From assembly GCA_044451425.1 (NCBI GenBank), contig JBIOKC010000001.1, positions 1 to 42,796 on the forward strand: DNA of 42,796 bases, given 5' to 3'. Below are positions 27,886-37,847 of this stretch, one piece after another; position 1 is the first letter of the stretch, and each line of letters starts with the position of its first letter. This stretch comes from Thermodesulfobacteriota bacterium. Its GTDB lineage: Bacteria; Desulfobacterota_D; UBA1144; Nemesobacterales; UBA2774. The position numbers and the translations under genes are program-made. The notes beneath the pieces were generated by a model. The model saw only the letters and a program-made list of their open reading frames with translations. It did no database searches and was not told the origin of the DNA.

Positions 27886-28458
27886 TTAGCTGAAAGTAAT
27901 ACTCTTTACCGACTCAGTGACTTCATTTATGTATATTTCGACTGTGTCTTTCCACTCCAGAACCATATAAGGGGTATGGAAAAATCCCGCTATAGAATTC
28001 AGATACGACTCAAGTACTCGAACCATCCCGAGCGATATTTGCTGAAATGCCTGGTTTTTGTCATTCCTCGCTCCGGTCCATCCCCTGTATAGGTTAATTG
28101 CAGTCTGTGCCGATATACGGTTACGATCAACGTGGAGCAGCTTCAGATGCGCAAAGCTCTCCGAGGCATCCATGAGCGCACCCGACAAAAACCCCTCTTC
28201 AAGTCCTGCGCCACCCGATTTCTCGGCGAACCCGGCTACCCGGTTTACAGTATCGGATAGTATCTGGAGGGCCTCAACAGGCTGCTTATCCTTTTTCTCC
28301 TTCAGTTCTTCTACGGATTGTGCGAGTTCTGAGAGTAACAATAACAGCTTAGTTTCGAACTCGATTTCGTCCAGAGAACCCCTTTCGGCAACTGGTCGGA
28401 CAATATCACCGTATTCCTTACTTTCGCCTTCCTGATCTATGACTAAAAACTTACGCAT
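27886..28458 (-). CDS. Hypothetical protein (190 aa), probably co-transcribed with the MshEN-receiver gene
   Basis: An ORF with a plausible, helix-rich globular composition that starts 61 nt downstream of the 28520 stop on the same strand. I recognised no family. Confidence 0.55.
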   Translation of the reverse strand: MRKFLVIDQEGESKEYGDIVRPVAERGSLDEIEFETKLLLLLSELAQSVEELKEKKDKQPVEALQILSDTVNRVAGFAEKSGGAGLEEGFLSGALMDASESFAHLKLLHVDRNRISAQTAINLYRGWTGARNDKNQAFQQISLGMVRVLESYLNSIAGFFHTPYMVLEWKDTVEIYINEVTESVKSITFS

Positions 28459-28519
28459 TATTAATGTCCCGATAGAACATTTTAAATGTATATCCTGGTA
28501 TCGTGATTTTGATTTTCAA

Positions 28520-30217
28520 TCATCTAGCATACTTCTCCGCGGCTTCGACAATTGCATCCGACCCGAAAGGCTTGGTGATGAAATCACTCGCTCCTGCCAT
28601 CTTTACTTTCATTTTATCCAGTACCCCGGCCTTTCCCGAGAGCATCACAACGGGCACACCCCTGGTGAGTCCATGACTTTTAATAACCTTACAGAGCTGG
28701 TAGCCGTCCATGTGGGGCAATTTAATATCCATAAATACCATATCGGGAATCTGTTCGTTAATCCTCGCCAGAGCCTGCATCCCGTCCCCCGCCGCGTACA
28801 CCCGATAACCCGCCCTTTCAAGTGTAATCCTCATTATTTTTTGAACAGTGGGACTAACATCAACTATAAGAATCGAGCCCCTGCTTCTATCCCCCTTTTT
28901 CACTGATTTGACCGGCCGGGGCGGGTTCATCGCCTGTGCGATTTCGGATGATTCTTCAACCGGATCGGCATCACTGCTGCCACTATCGGCTCCTGCTTCA
29001 TGCATACTGCTGCTATCCGCATTTAGCTCATGCGAAGGCGAGTAATCGGCCGTGTGATTCTCCTTAGTGTAATCAATCACTTCTTCATTTAGAAATTCTT
29101 CCGCAGAGGCACTGCCCGCGGCGTGGGACTCAAATGTGTGAGAGCCGTCCGACTTCTTTTCAGTTCCGTCTCTATCCGAACCAGGGAGCCAGACTTCCGA
29201 TGCCGCGTTAAAATTCACCTGTGTAGTATCGATTTTCGGTGTGAGTTCTCCCGGACCGATTATCTGGCTATCAAAGGGTGAAGTAAAACACACCGATTTC
29301 CCGCCGTCTCTATTACCATCCGTATCTTCCGGAAACTCCGGGCTCGCAGGCTCAAGCTCATTCGTTATATGAAAGAAACCGCTCTCACAGCTCGGGGGAT
29401 CTGCTTCAAATGGTTCCGCGGACTTCGGCAAACCAGCGTCTGAATCCGGGACGGATGAACCCGAATCTCCGGACGACGATGCAGTAAAATCGGGTACAAA
29501 TTCGTCTTCCGGCTTATCAACCACTTCATCCCTGTTTTTTAAGTTCCCCGCCTTCCAATGTTCATGGTTAATCTCCTGCAATCCGGAGTCAACCCATGCG
29601 TCTGATAGTTTATCCTCGGTCTCCGTGATTCTATTTTCAGATGCCTGGTCTTTCTCGTACTGCTCAAGCTCACTTATAATCTCATCGATTTGAATGTTAT
29701 TTCTGTCCGTAGATAAATAACCCCTATCATGTCTATCAGAATTTCCGGGCTCACCAATAGATTCGTCATCCGGTAGTGTATCGACCGCTTCCCTCAGACC
29801 GTAATACTTAGACAGCTTATCCTTTATAGCCCTGTCGGAAGAAATTACAGGTCTGATGATTTTCCCCGTGATAAATCCAAGGTCATCGAGTAGCAAAATA
29901 TTCGAAGGGTCCGACATGGCTACTGTCAAATCCGCGCCTTCTAACCGTATGGGCACCAAAAATTTTTCAAGAGCGGTGTCTTTGGGGATCAGATTCAGAA
30001 TGTTCTCCTCGATGTCGCAGTCATCTATGCTCAGTACCGGAACACCGTATTCCTTACCAAGTAACTCAACTAATTGTGATTCGGTAATATAACCCAGATT
30101 AACCAGAGACTCTCCAAGCTCATACCCCGAATCTCTCTGGAAATTCAGGGCATTTCTTATCTGGTCTACATTGACTAAAGCTTCCCTAACCAGCAATTTC
30201 GCCAGATTCGAATTCAT
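28520..30217 (-). CDS. MshEN (T2SSE_N/GspE-N-like) domain - long acidic disordered linker - CheY-like receiver protein
   Basis: The N-terminal ~135 aa resemble PilB/MshE N-domains (LAKLLVREALVNVDQIRNALNFQ..LGESLVNLGYITESQLVELLGKEYG..., NLIPKDTALEKFLVPI, LTVAMSDPSN). Residues ~140-447 are D/E/S/P-rich. The last 118 aa form a receiver domain (ILIVDVSP, phospho-Asp context MVFMDIKLPHMDG, VVMLSG, FITKPF). Confidence 0.8.
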   Translation of the reverse strand: MNSNLAKLLVREALVNVDQIRNALNFQRDSGYELGESLVNLGYITESQLVELLGKEYGVPVLSIDDCDIEENILNLIPKDTALEKFLVPIRLEGADLTVAMSDPSNILLLDDLGFITGKIIRPVISSDRAIKDKLSKYYGLREAVDTLPDDESIGEPGNSDRHDRGYLSTDRNNIQIDEIISELEQYEKDQASENRITETEDKLSDAWVDSGLQEINHEHWKAGNLKNRDEVVDKPEDEFVPDFTASSSGDSGSSVPDSDAGLPKSAEPFEADPPSCESGFFHITNELEPASPEFPEDTDGNRDGGKSVCFTSPFDSQIIGPGELTPKIDTTQVNFNAASEVWLPGSDRDGTEKKSDGSHTFESHAAGSASAEEFLNEEVIDYTKENHTADYSPSHELNADSSSMHEAGADSGSSDADPVEESSEIAQAMNPPRPVKSVKKGDRSRGSILIVDVSPTVQKIMRITLERAGYRVYAAGDGMQALARINEQIPDMVFMDIKLPHMDGYQLCKVIKSHGLTRGVPVVMLSGKAGVLDKMKVKMAGASDFITKPFGSDAIVEAAEKYAR

Positions 30218-30777
30218 GATAATTGAAATTTAGCAATTATCATGCCAAGTCCGTAAACAAGCACAGAGGCATCTTAACTGCCTATTAATACTACATATAT
30301 TACCGCAGAACACTTTCGATATTCTCCCTGAAACTGACAAAAAATGTCATCTTCAGGAAATCGGTGCGCAGTAGAGAAAATTGCAGACATTAGATTTAGC
30401 AGGTAGCCCATATCCTATCAATTACCTTGATAGAAACAATGTTTCCCGATGGGCATCGCTATCGAGGGGGGCTGACAAGAAAGGGTTAGCTACACCTCCC
30501 CCATAAATCCAAGACGGCTTGTTAGTACCTAAGAGAAGGAGACCTAATACATAATCCTCCCGCAATAATCTTATGAACGGCATCCAGGTAATAAAATCCC
30601 ATTAGATCTATTTGAGTTATATTTATACTATTTCGTACCTTAACACTCCGGCGGATACCGTGAGAATGTTTAAATTTTGGAATGCTTTGCTTAAGTTTTA
30701 GGCACTTATGTAGGATCAATCCCTATATACGTCTATTATAACCCCTTATTATTATTGATTGAAAAGCTTTTAGATAA

Positions 30778-31161
<384 letters not shown>

Positions 31162-31200
31162 TCAATAGAATTTTAAATCTACAGGAGGAGCATTACGAAT

Positions 31201-32667
31201 ATGCCCACAGCAAGAATGACCAAAAGCAAAGGAGGACCTGAGGACATGTTACCAAAAAAGTCCTCGGATGTATTAAAATTAATTAAAGATAAGAGTATAG
31301 AGATCGTGGATGTGCGATTTCTGGACTTCGTGGGAATGTGGCAGCATTTTAGCGTTCCGGCACACGTATTTGATGCGGGTATTTTTGAAGATGGTCTCGG
31401 ATTTGACGGATCTAGCATCAGGGGATGGCAATCGATACACGCTAGCGATATGCTCGTAATTCCCGATGCCGAAACGGCCAGAATAGACACCTTCATGGCT
31501 CATCCGACTGTTGCAATCATATGTGATATTGTGGATCCGATAACCCGCGAACCGTATTCGCGAGATCCCCGCAATATCGCCAAGAAAGCGGCAGCGTACT
31601 TAAAAAGCACCGGCATAGGGGATAATGCATATTTCGGACCCGAGCTGGAATTCTTTATTTTCGACGATGTGAGATACGATCAGACTTCGAACTCTGGCTA
31701 TTATTTCGTAGATTCCGTAGAGGGAATCTGGAATTCCGGCCGCGATGAAAACCCGAACCTGGGCTATAAGCCGAGGCATAAGGAAGGTTATTTCCCAACG
31801 CCTCCTTCAGACACTTTCCAGGATATGCGTTCCGAAATGGTGAAAGTGCTTGAGCAGCTCGGCATCGAGATCGAAGCCCACCACCACGAAGTTGCCACCG
31901 GCGGTCAGTGTGAAATTGATATGAGGTTCGCCCCCATAGTTCAGATGGGAGACCATATGATGTGGTACAAATATGTTTTAAGGAACGTAGCCAGAAAGTT
32001 CGGTAAGACCGTGACATTCATGCCAAAGCCCTTGTTTGAGGATAACGGCTCGGGTATGCACGTTCACCAGTCGATATGGAAGAAAGATAAACCGCTTTTT
32101 GCCGGTAACGGTTACGCCGGGATGAGCGACCTCGCGATGAACTATATAGGAGGAATATTAAAACACGCAAGAGCGATATGCGCTTTAACCAACCCTACGA
32201 CAAACTCATACAGGCGTCTCGTACCCGGATTCGAAGCCCCCGTGAACCTGGCTTATTCCGCAAGGAACAGGAGCGCGGCGATAAGGATCCCTATGTATTC
32301 ACCTAGCCCGAAAGCGAAGAGGCTCGAGTGCAGATTCCCAGACCCTTCATGCAACGGCTACCTCGCATTCTCCGCAATGCTGATGGCCGGCCTGGACGGG
32401 ATTGAGAAGAAGCTGAGCCCGGGGGAACCGCTGGACAAGGATATCTACGCACTGGGCCCCGAGGAATTAGCCGGCATCCCGAATGTTCCCGGATCGCTCG
32501 AAGACGCTCTCAAGGCTCTGGAGAATGACCACGAATTCCTCATGAAAGGCGATGTGTTCACCGAAGACGTTATAGAAACGTGGATCGAATACAAGACGGA
32601 TAAGGAAGTCAACCCTGTGAAGCTGAGACCCGTACCTTACGAGTTCAAGCTTTATTTCGATGTGTAA
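31201..32667 (+). CDS. glnA: Glutamine synthetase type I
   Basis: 488 aa with [22 protein letters not shown] and [13 protein letters not shown] motifs. The segment [12 protein letters not shown] aligns with the adenylylation-site Tyr region of GSI. An AGGAGG RBS lies 11 nt upstream of the ATG at 31201; the ATG at 31246 is the alternative start. Confidence 0.95.
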   Translation: MPTARMTKSKGGPEDMLPKKSSDVLKLIKDKSIEIVDVRFLDFVGMWQHFSVPAHVFDAGIFEDGLGFDGSSIRGWQSIHASDMLVIPDAETARIDTFMAHPTVAIICDIVDPITREPYSRDPRNIAKKAAAYLKSTGIGDNAYFGPELEFFIFDDVRYDQTSNSGYYFVDSVEGIWNSGRDENPNLGYKPRHKEGYFPTPPSDTFQDMRSEMVKVLEQLGIEIEAHHHEVATGGQCEIDMRFAPIVQMGDHMMWYKYVLRNVARKFGKTVTFMPKPLFEDNGSGMHVHQSIWKKDKPLFAGNGYAGMSDLAMNYIGGILKHARAICALTNPTTNSYRRLVPGFEAPVNLAYSARNRSAAIRIPMYSPSPKAKRLECRFPDPSCNGYLAFSAMLMAGLDGIEKKLSPGEPLDKDIYALGPEELAGIPNVPGSLEDALKALENDHEFLMKGDVFTEDVIETWIEYKTDKEVNPVKLRPVPYEFKLYFDV

Positions 32668-32703
32668 ATAAAAGCGCTGCGAAGCGCACTGAAGATTAAA
32701 AAA

Positions 32704-32736
32704 GGCGGAGTCCCCGAAAAGGCCCCGCCTTTTTTT
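32704..32736 (+). terminator. Rho-independent terminator after glnA (possibly bidirectional)
   Basis: The hairpin GGCGGAGTC-CCCGAAAA-GGCCCCGCC has a 9-position stem with one mismatch and one GU pair. It is followed by TTTTTTT (32730-32736) and preceded by AAAAAA (32698-32703), so it could also act on the convergent nuoL transcript. Confidence 0.7.
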
Positions 32737-32865
32737 GCCCAGAGCTACAAGGATACTCGCCGTTGTTAAGTTTAAGACAAGGCTGTTTGTATCAGGAACT
32801 CAATTATAAAGAATCAAGGAAAAGGCGGAAACTCTCAAAACAGATGCGAAGAAATTTAGCCCGAT

Positions 32866-34842
32866 TCAAAAGCTTTGCCATAAGATTATGAAAACCAGTA
32901 TTGCAAAAGCCCCGATCGTCATAAGCGTGGCGTAGCTGCGTAGTAATCCGCTCTGCGCTGCCTGGAGAGTAAGGGCCATCTCTTTTAAAATATCTGCAAC
33001 ACCGTTCACGGCGCCGTCGATAAACCTGAGATCGAATTTTGAAGACTGCTCTGAAAGGTATTTAAATGGGTGAACGAAGATATAATCGTAGAGCTCATCC
33101 ACATACCATTTGTTCAATGACCCCTCATACAAGGGTTCAATATTCTTATTAGAAGCAATCTTCCCGGGAAGAGATGGGTTGATGTAGAACAAATAGAACG
33201 CGGCGGCTATGCCCACAAATGCAGCGGAAATAGAGAACATTATGAGCGTGGTATGACTAAATAAAAGATGACCCTCAGAAATTACGCTATCCATCGTGAT
33301 CGAGGAAGACACAAATTTATCGAATAAATTTGATCCGTGTATTCCCACAAGCTCGCCCATGAATTCGGGGACACCCATATACCCCCCGATTACAGAAAGC
33401 ACCGCGAGAACTATGAGAGGAATCGTCATAGTCCATGGGGATTCATGTATATGGTCTCTTATCTTATCCGCAACCCTAGTTTTACCTTCGAACGTTAGGA
33501 GATAGAGTCTGCCCATATATAGAGCGGTCAGAATTGCGGTGATGAGACCGATAAGCCACTGGACAAAATACCCGCGTTCATAGACGGAGCCCAATATACC
33601 GTCCTTGCTGAAAAATCCCGAAAAGAATGGTATGCCAGCTATGGCAAGAGTGCCTATAAAAAACGTTACGGCAGTGGTGGGGATAAACTTTCTGAGACCG
33701 CCCATGTATTTTATATCCTGCTCTCCGCTAAGTGCGTGTATGACGCTCCCAGACCCTAAAAACAATAGCGCCTTAAAGAAAGCGTGCGTAACGAGGTGGA
33801 ATAAACCGGCTGTATAGGCCCCAACGCCGATCCCCATAAACATATATCCGAGCTGGCTTATGGTTGAATAGGCGAGCACCTTTTTAATGTCGTTTTGAGT
33901 AATGGCGATCGTAGCGGCAAGAAAAGACGTTAAAGCAGCGATCGTAACTACGATCATCTGGGCGGCGGGCGACTGTGAATATATCGTGTTGCACCTCGCT
34001 ATCATATATGCGCCCGCTGTGACCATGGTAGCCGCATGTATAAGAGCGCTTACCGGGGTAGGTCCCGCCATTGCATCCGGAAGCCACACGTAAAGAGGTA
34101 TCTGAGCAGATTTCCCGACGGCTCCCACAAAGAGAAGAAGAGCAATAACCGTAATCACGGCCGCGGGAACCGTGCTCATGAACGCGGGGTCGGTTGCCTT
34201 TCCGAACACTTCCTGATAGTTCACCGAGCCGAAAACGAAAAATATGAGGAATATTCCGAGTATAAATCCGAAATCGCCTATCCTGTTCACAATAAAAGCT
34301 TTTCTTCCGGCATTCGCGTTCTCAGGGTTATCGTACCAGAAACCGATGAGGAGGAATGAGGCAAGCCCAACCCCTTCCCAGCCGACGAACATGAGCGGGA
34401 AACTGTTACCGAGAACGAGGGTCAGCATGAAAAAAATGAATATATTGAGATAAGTAAAATACTTTGCATAAGCCTTGTCGTCATGCACGTATCCGACCGA
34501 ATACACGTGTATCAGGAAGCCGATCCATGTCACTATGAGCGCCATCACGCAGGAGAGTGTATCGAAAAGGAGCTCAAAGCTGACCGTAAAGCTGCCCGAT
34601 GGAATCCATTCAAAAATGTTTTGTAATATCTCTCTCCTGGTGGGATCGACGGACAGAAGCCTGAAAAATAATACCGATGAGATTAGAGCGGAAATCAGCA
34701 CCACTCCACATCCTACGATGCTGACTACTGTTTTCTCCGTGAGTTCATCGCCGCGGAGGCACTTTTTCCAGAACCCGGAAGCAAAGAAGAGACCGTTCAC
34801 TGCCGCGCCGATGAGAGGAATGAGAATAATCCAGACTATCAT
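32866..34842 (-). CDS. nuoL: NADH-quinone oxidoreductase subunit L
   Basis: 658 aa and polytopic, with an antiporter-like core (WLPDAMAGPTPVSALIHAATMVTAG, SQLGYM, HAFFKALLFLGSG) and the long C-terminal extension typical of NuoL. Confidence 0.93.
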   Translation of the reverse strand: MIVWIILIPLIGAAVNGLFFASGFWKKCLRGDELTEKTVVSIVGCGVVLISALISSVLFFRLLSVDPTRREILQNIFEWIPSGSFTVSFELLFDTLSCVMALIVTWIGFLIHVYSVGYVHDDKAYAKYFTYLNIFIFFMLTLVLGNSFPLMFVGWEGVGLASFLLIGFWYDNPENANAGRKAFIVNRIGDFGFILGIFLIFFVFGSVNYQEVFGKATDPAFMSTVPAAVITVIALLLFVGAVGKSAQIPLYVWLPDAMAGPTPVSALIHAATMVTAGAYMIARCNTIYSQSPAAQMIVVTIAALTSFLAATIAITQNDIKKVLAYSTISQLGYMFMGIGVGAYTAGLFHLVTHAFFKALLFLGSGSVIHALSGEQDIKYMGGLRKFIPTTAVTFFIGTLAIAGIPFFSGFFSKDGILGSVYERGYFVQWLIGLITAILTALYMGRLYLLTFEGKTRVADKIRDHIHESPWTMTIPLIVLAVLSVIGGYMGVPEFMGELVGIHGSNLFDKFVSSSITMDSVISEGHLLFSHTTLIMFSISAAFVGIAAAFYLFYINPSLPGKIASNKNIEPLYEGSLNKWYVDELYDYIFVHPFKYLSEQSSKFDLRFIDGAVNGVADILKEMALTLQAAQSGLLRSYATLMTIGAFAILVFIILWQSF

Positions 34843-34849
34843 CTTATAT

Positions 34850-35155
34850 CTATCCTTTGAGTATCTTTAATATATCGACATCGAGAGTTCCCCGGTGCGC
34901 GTACACAGCGACCACAAGCGCGAGCCCCACTGCTACTTCTGCTGCAGCCACGGTAATTGACATAATCATGAAAACCTGCCCTGTCATGTCGTTATAAGCC
35001 CTGGAAAAAGTGATAAAAGCGAGGTTAGCGGAATTCAGCATTAATTCCAAAGACATAAGAACTACAATCAGATTCCTCCTGGCGATAATACCGTATGCCC
35101 CGATTACGAACAGTATGGCGCTGAGAACGAAATAGTGACCTATCGAAATGGCCAA
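34850..35155 (-). CDS. nuoK: NADH-quinone oxidoreductase subunit K
   Basis: 101 aa with 3 TM. The segments LMSLELMLNSANLAF and AAAEVAVGLALVV are the typical NuoK signature. Confidence 0.93.
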   Translation of the reverse strand: MAISIGHYFVLSAILFVIGAYGIIARRNLIVVLMSLELMLNSANLAFITFSRAYNDMTGQVFMIMSITVAAAEVAVGLALVVAVYAHRGTLDVDILKILKG

Positions 35156-35156
35156 A

Positions 35157-35666
35157 TCAGTTTTCCCTCCTTTTTGCTATCGCGACCACGCCTATTATGG
35201 CGGCCACGATTAAAACAGACGTAAGCTCGAAAGGCAGGAGATAATCGCTGAAAAGCATTTTGCCGACGCCCTCCACGCTGCCGAACCCTTCCGAGAGGGC
35301 AGGAGGTATGAAACCCTTTGAAAAGGCCTTGTTGAAGGCTATGCTCGCAAAATAACCCGTAAACAGCAGAACAACGAGTAATACGCTCGTTTTAAAGCCC
35401 ATGTTACGTGCGTCGAACTTGAGGGAGTCGGGTCTGAGATTGAGAAACATAACCGTAAACAGGAATAGAACCATGATCGCGCCTGCATAAACGAGTATCT
35501 GGACAGCCGCTACGAAATGGGCCAGGAGTAGGACAAACAGCACGGCTGTCGAGAAGAGGGTTAGAACAAGAGCCAGAGCGCTTGAAACAGGGTTTCTGTG
35601 TGTTATGACAATAAGCGCGCCCGCGACTGAGAGGCTGGCGAAGAGATAAAATACCGTTGTTTCCAA
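35157..35666 (-). CDS. nuoJ: NADH-quinone oxidoreductase subunit J
   Basis: 169 aa. The region HRNPVSSALALVLTLFSTAVLFVLLLAHFVAAVQILVYAGAIMVLFLFTVM matches the conserved NuoJ N-terminal region. Confidence 0.9.
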   Translation of the reverse strand: METTVFYLFASLSVAGALIVITHRNPVSSALALVLTLFSTAVLFVLLLAHFVAAVQILVYAGAIMVLFLFTVMFLNLRPDSLKFDARNMGFKTSVLLVVLLFTGYFASIAFNKAFSKGFIPPALSEGFGSVEGVGKMLFSDYLLPFELTSVLIVAAIIGVVAIAKRREN

Positions 35667-35786
35667 ACCGTGAAACCTCCTGGATATACTGACAAGTTAG
35701 CTGGGTAAGAGGTTAAAGAATTATATTTGAGATAATGCGATAGTCAAACATATGAGAACATATAAAACAGGACTAACGCCGGCCCT

Positions 35787-36443
35787 CTAGCGGCTCTTTC
35801 GGACGCCCGCTTTCTCGCAGTAGATTTCGACCGGGCAAAGGCTGCATTTCGGAGAAACCGGGCGGCATGTGTGCTGCCCGAATGCGACCAGAAGGCTGTT
35901 GTATTCTATCCAGTATATCTTCGGCAGCTTCTTCCGAAGCTCTATTTCCGTTTGGTGCGGATTTCTGGTATCGATGTATCCCAATCTGTTCGATATTCTG
36001 TGAACGTGCGTATCGACGCAGATCCCGTGTTTCCAATAACCAAGGGTCAGCACGAGGTTTGCGGTCTTTCTGCCGACACCCTTCAGCTGAAGCAGTTTGT
36101 CCAAGTCGTCAGGCACTCGGGAATAGTATTTCTCTATCAGGTCGCGGCAGATTTTCAGGATGTTTTTCGCCTTCGTCCTGTAAAACCCAACAGGGTATAT
36201 AGCCCGAATTACCTCCCTTTCGGGAAGTTCGAGCATCTTTTCGGGGGTATCGGCAAGCCCGAATAAACGTCTGGAAGCCTCAGCCGTGGTCTCATCCTTC
36301 GTCCGCAGACTCAGTACCGTGGAAATGAGCACTCTGAACGGATCGTGTGAAGTCTCCGCCTCAAGCGTTACCACAGGCACGTCCCAATTCGCGCTCTCTC
36401 TCCTCAAAATACGTATGATTTTGCCAATATCGTCGGAGTTCAT
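35787..36443 (-). CDS. nth: Endonuclease III-like DNA glycosylase (HhH-GPD with a 4Fe-4S loop)
   Basis: LISTVLSLRTKDE, the HhH LLQLKGVGRKTANLVL, the catalytic region CVDTHVHRISNRLG, and the Cys cluster CRPVSPKCSLCPVEIYC (C-X6-C-X2-C-X5-C). I chose the ATG at 36443; the ORF is open to 36548. Confidence 0.85.
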   Translation of the reverse strand: MNSDDIGKIIRILRRESANWDVPVVTLEAETSHDPFRVLISTVLSLRTKDETTAEASRRLFGLADTPEKMLELPEREVIRAIYPVGFYRTKAKNILKICRDLIEKYYSRVPDDLDKLLQLKGVGRKTANLVLTLGYWKHGICVDTHVHRISNRLGYIDTRNPHQTEIELRKKLPKIYWIEYNSLLVAFGQHTCRPVSPKCSLCPVEIYCEKAGVRKSR

Positions 36444-36611
36444 TTCCGGATCTATCAATCGATAATATACATAATGGGGTAAGAATTTCAGACTTGGAGG
36501 GTGAAGTCGGCGTGCACACTCGAAATTTCGTATCCACCCCGACTTCAAGCAGTTTCAAATACGGAATAAAATGTAAGCTCTAAGTTCTCTACAAAACTAG
36601 CCGGGCTTAAA

Positions 36612-37847
36612 TTAGTTATATACATCCATCAAGCTTCTTAATACAGGAGCAGACTTTGACCTTCTTATCCTATCGAGCGCCTTTTTCTCAATCTGCCTTA
36701 TCCTCTCTCTTGTCAGACGGAACTTCCTGCCTATCTCGTCCAGCGTATAAGGACCGTCGCAACCTATACCGAACCTCATCTTTACAACCTCCCTTTCCCT
36801 AATGGAAAGCACCGTGAGGGCATCGTTTATGTTGTCGGGTATAGAGATCTCAGCGATTATACTGTCAACCTCGAGAGAGTTGGAATCCTCTATGAAATCC
36901 ATGTAAGTGGCTTTTTCTCCGTTCCAGACAGGAGTGTCGAGCCTCACCACTTTATTTACACTCGACTCGAGGATTCTTTTCACATTTTCTACGCTCATCT
37001 GAGCTTTTTCAGCAATCTCTTCCGCATAAGGCTCTCTTTCATAGTCTTTTGTAAGCAACCTTCTGACGTGTCTGACCTTGCCTGCCTTCTCAAGCAGATA
37101 TGCTGGCATCTTAACTGTCCTCGTCTGATTGAATATGCCCCTTGTCATTGCCTGATTAATCCACCAGCATGCATACGTTGAAAACCTGTAGCCTTTGGTA
37201 TGGTCGAATCTCTCTACGGCTTTGATCAATCCCAGATTCCCTTCCTGAATCAAATCGAGAAACGGGATGCCCCTCCCGACATACCTCTTTGCCATGCTTG
37301 CGACCAACCTCAGATTAGCTTTAATAAACCTGTCCCTGAGTTGAAAGCCTTTTCTCATGTACGCGTCATACAAATTAAGAAGCAATGTGAGATCATTTAT
37401 GGACTTCAAATCTCTAGACCCGTTTTTAGAATAGGCTTTTCCAAGTTCGATCTCCAGGTAATTTTTAATTTCGGAATGGATATTATCCATGTCATCAATC
37501 AATTTTTTACCGAGAACCTTTTCAATTTTCCTCTTTATAAATTTTGCCCTATCCTCACAGCACTTAATCTTCGCCGCAACATGAGCTTCTTCATGCGGCG
37601 CCAAAAGGGCTTCCGTGCTCACTTCTTTGAAATAGGCGTTCACCAGCCTCAGATCCTGACTGATTTCCTGTTCGTCTGCAGATGTTTCGGCTAAATTTTT
37701 CTCCGAATCTTCGACCGGCTGCGGTTCATCATCATAATAAATCTCAACTTCATCCAATTCATCCTGATCAAAGCTTTCCACTATCGATTCCGCTTGACTG
37801 GCTCCGAAATCCTGGAATACATCAACAAATTCGGGCTTCTTTAGCAT
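36612..37847 (-). CDS. Sigma-70 family RNA polymerase sigma factor (RpoD/RpoS-like, divergent)
   Basis: 411 aa with an acidic N-terminus and region 1.2 (YFKEVSTEALLAPHEE). Region 2 reads ANLRLVASMAKRY..DLIQEGNLGLIKAVERFDHTKGYRFSTYACWWINQAMTR. Region 3 and region 4.2 (YTLDEIGRKFRLTRERIRQIEKKALDRIR) follow. It deviates from the group-1 RpoD box (WWINQAM versus WWIRQAI). Confidence 0.85.
   Translation of the reverse strand: MLKKPEFVDVFQDFGASQAESIVESFDQDELDEVEIYYDDEPQPVEDSEKNLAETSADEQEISQDLRLVNAYFKEVSTEALLAPHEEAHVAAKIKCCEDRAKFIKRKIEKVLGKKLIDDMDNIHSEIKNYLEIELGKAYSKNGSRDLKSINDLTLLLNLYDAYMRKGFQLRDRFIKANLRLVASMAKRYVGRGIPFLDLIQEGNLGLIKAVERFDHTKGYRFSTYACWWINQAMTRGIFNQTRTVKMPAYLLEKAGKVRHVRRLLTKDYEREPYAEEIAEKAQMSVENVKRILESSVNKVVRLDTPVWNGEKATYMDFIEDSNSLEVDSIIAEISIPDNINDALTVLSIREREVVKMRFGIGCDGPYTLDEIGRKFRLTRERIRQIEKKALDRIRRSKSAPVLRSLMDVYN

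Noticed and set aside
32672-32688. A short GC hairpin, GCGCT-GCGA-AGCGC, immediately after the glnA stop. It could be a terminator.
   Set aside because: No U-tract follows it. The stronger hairpin with T7 at 32704-32736 is the better terminator call. This one may simply be a stabilising 3' structure.
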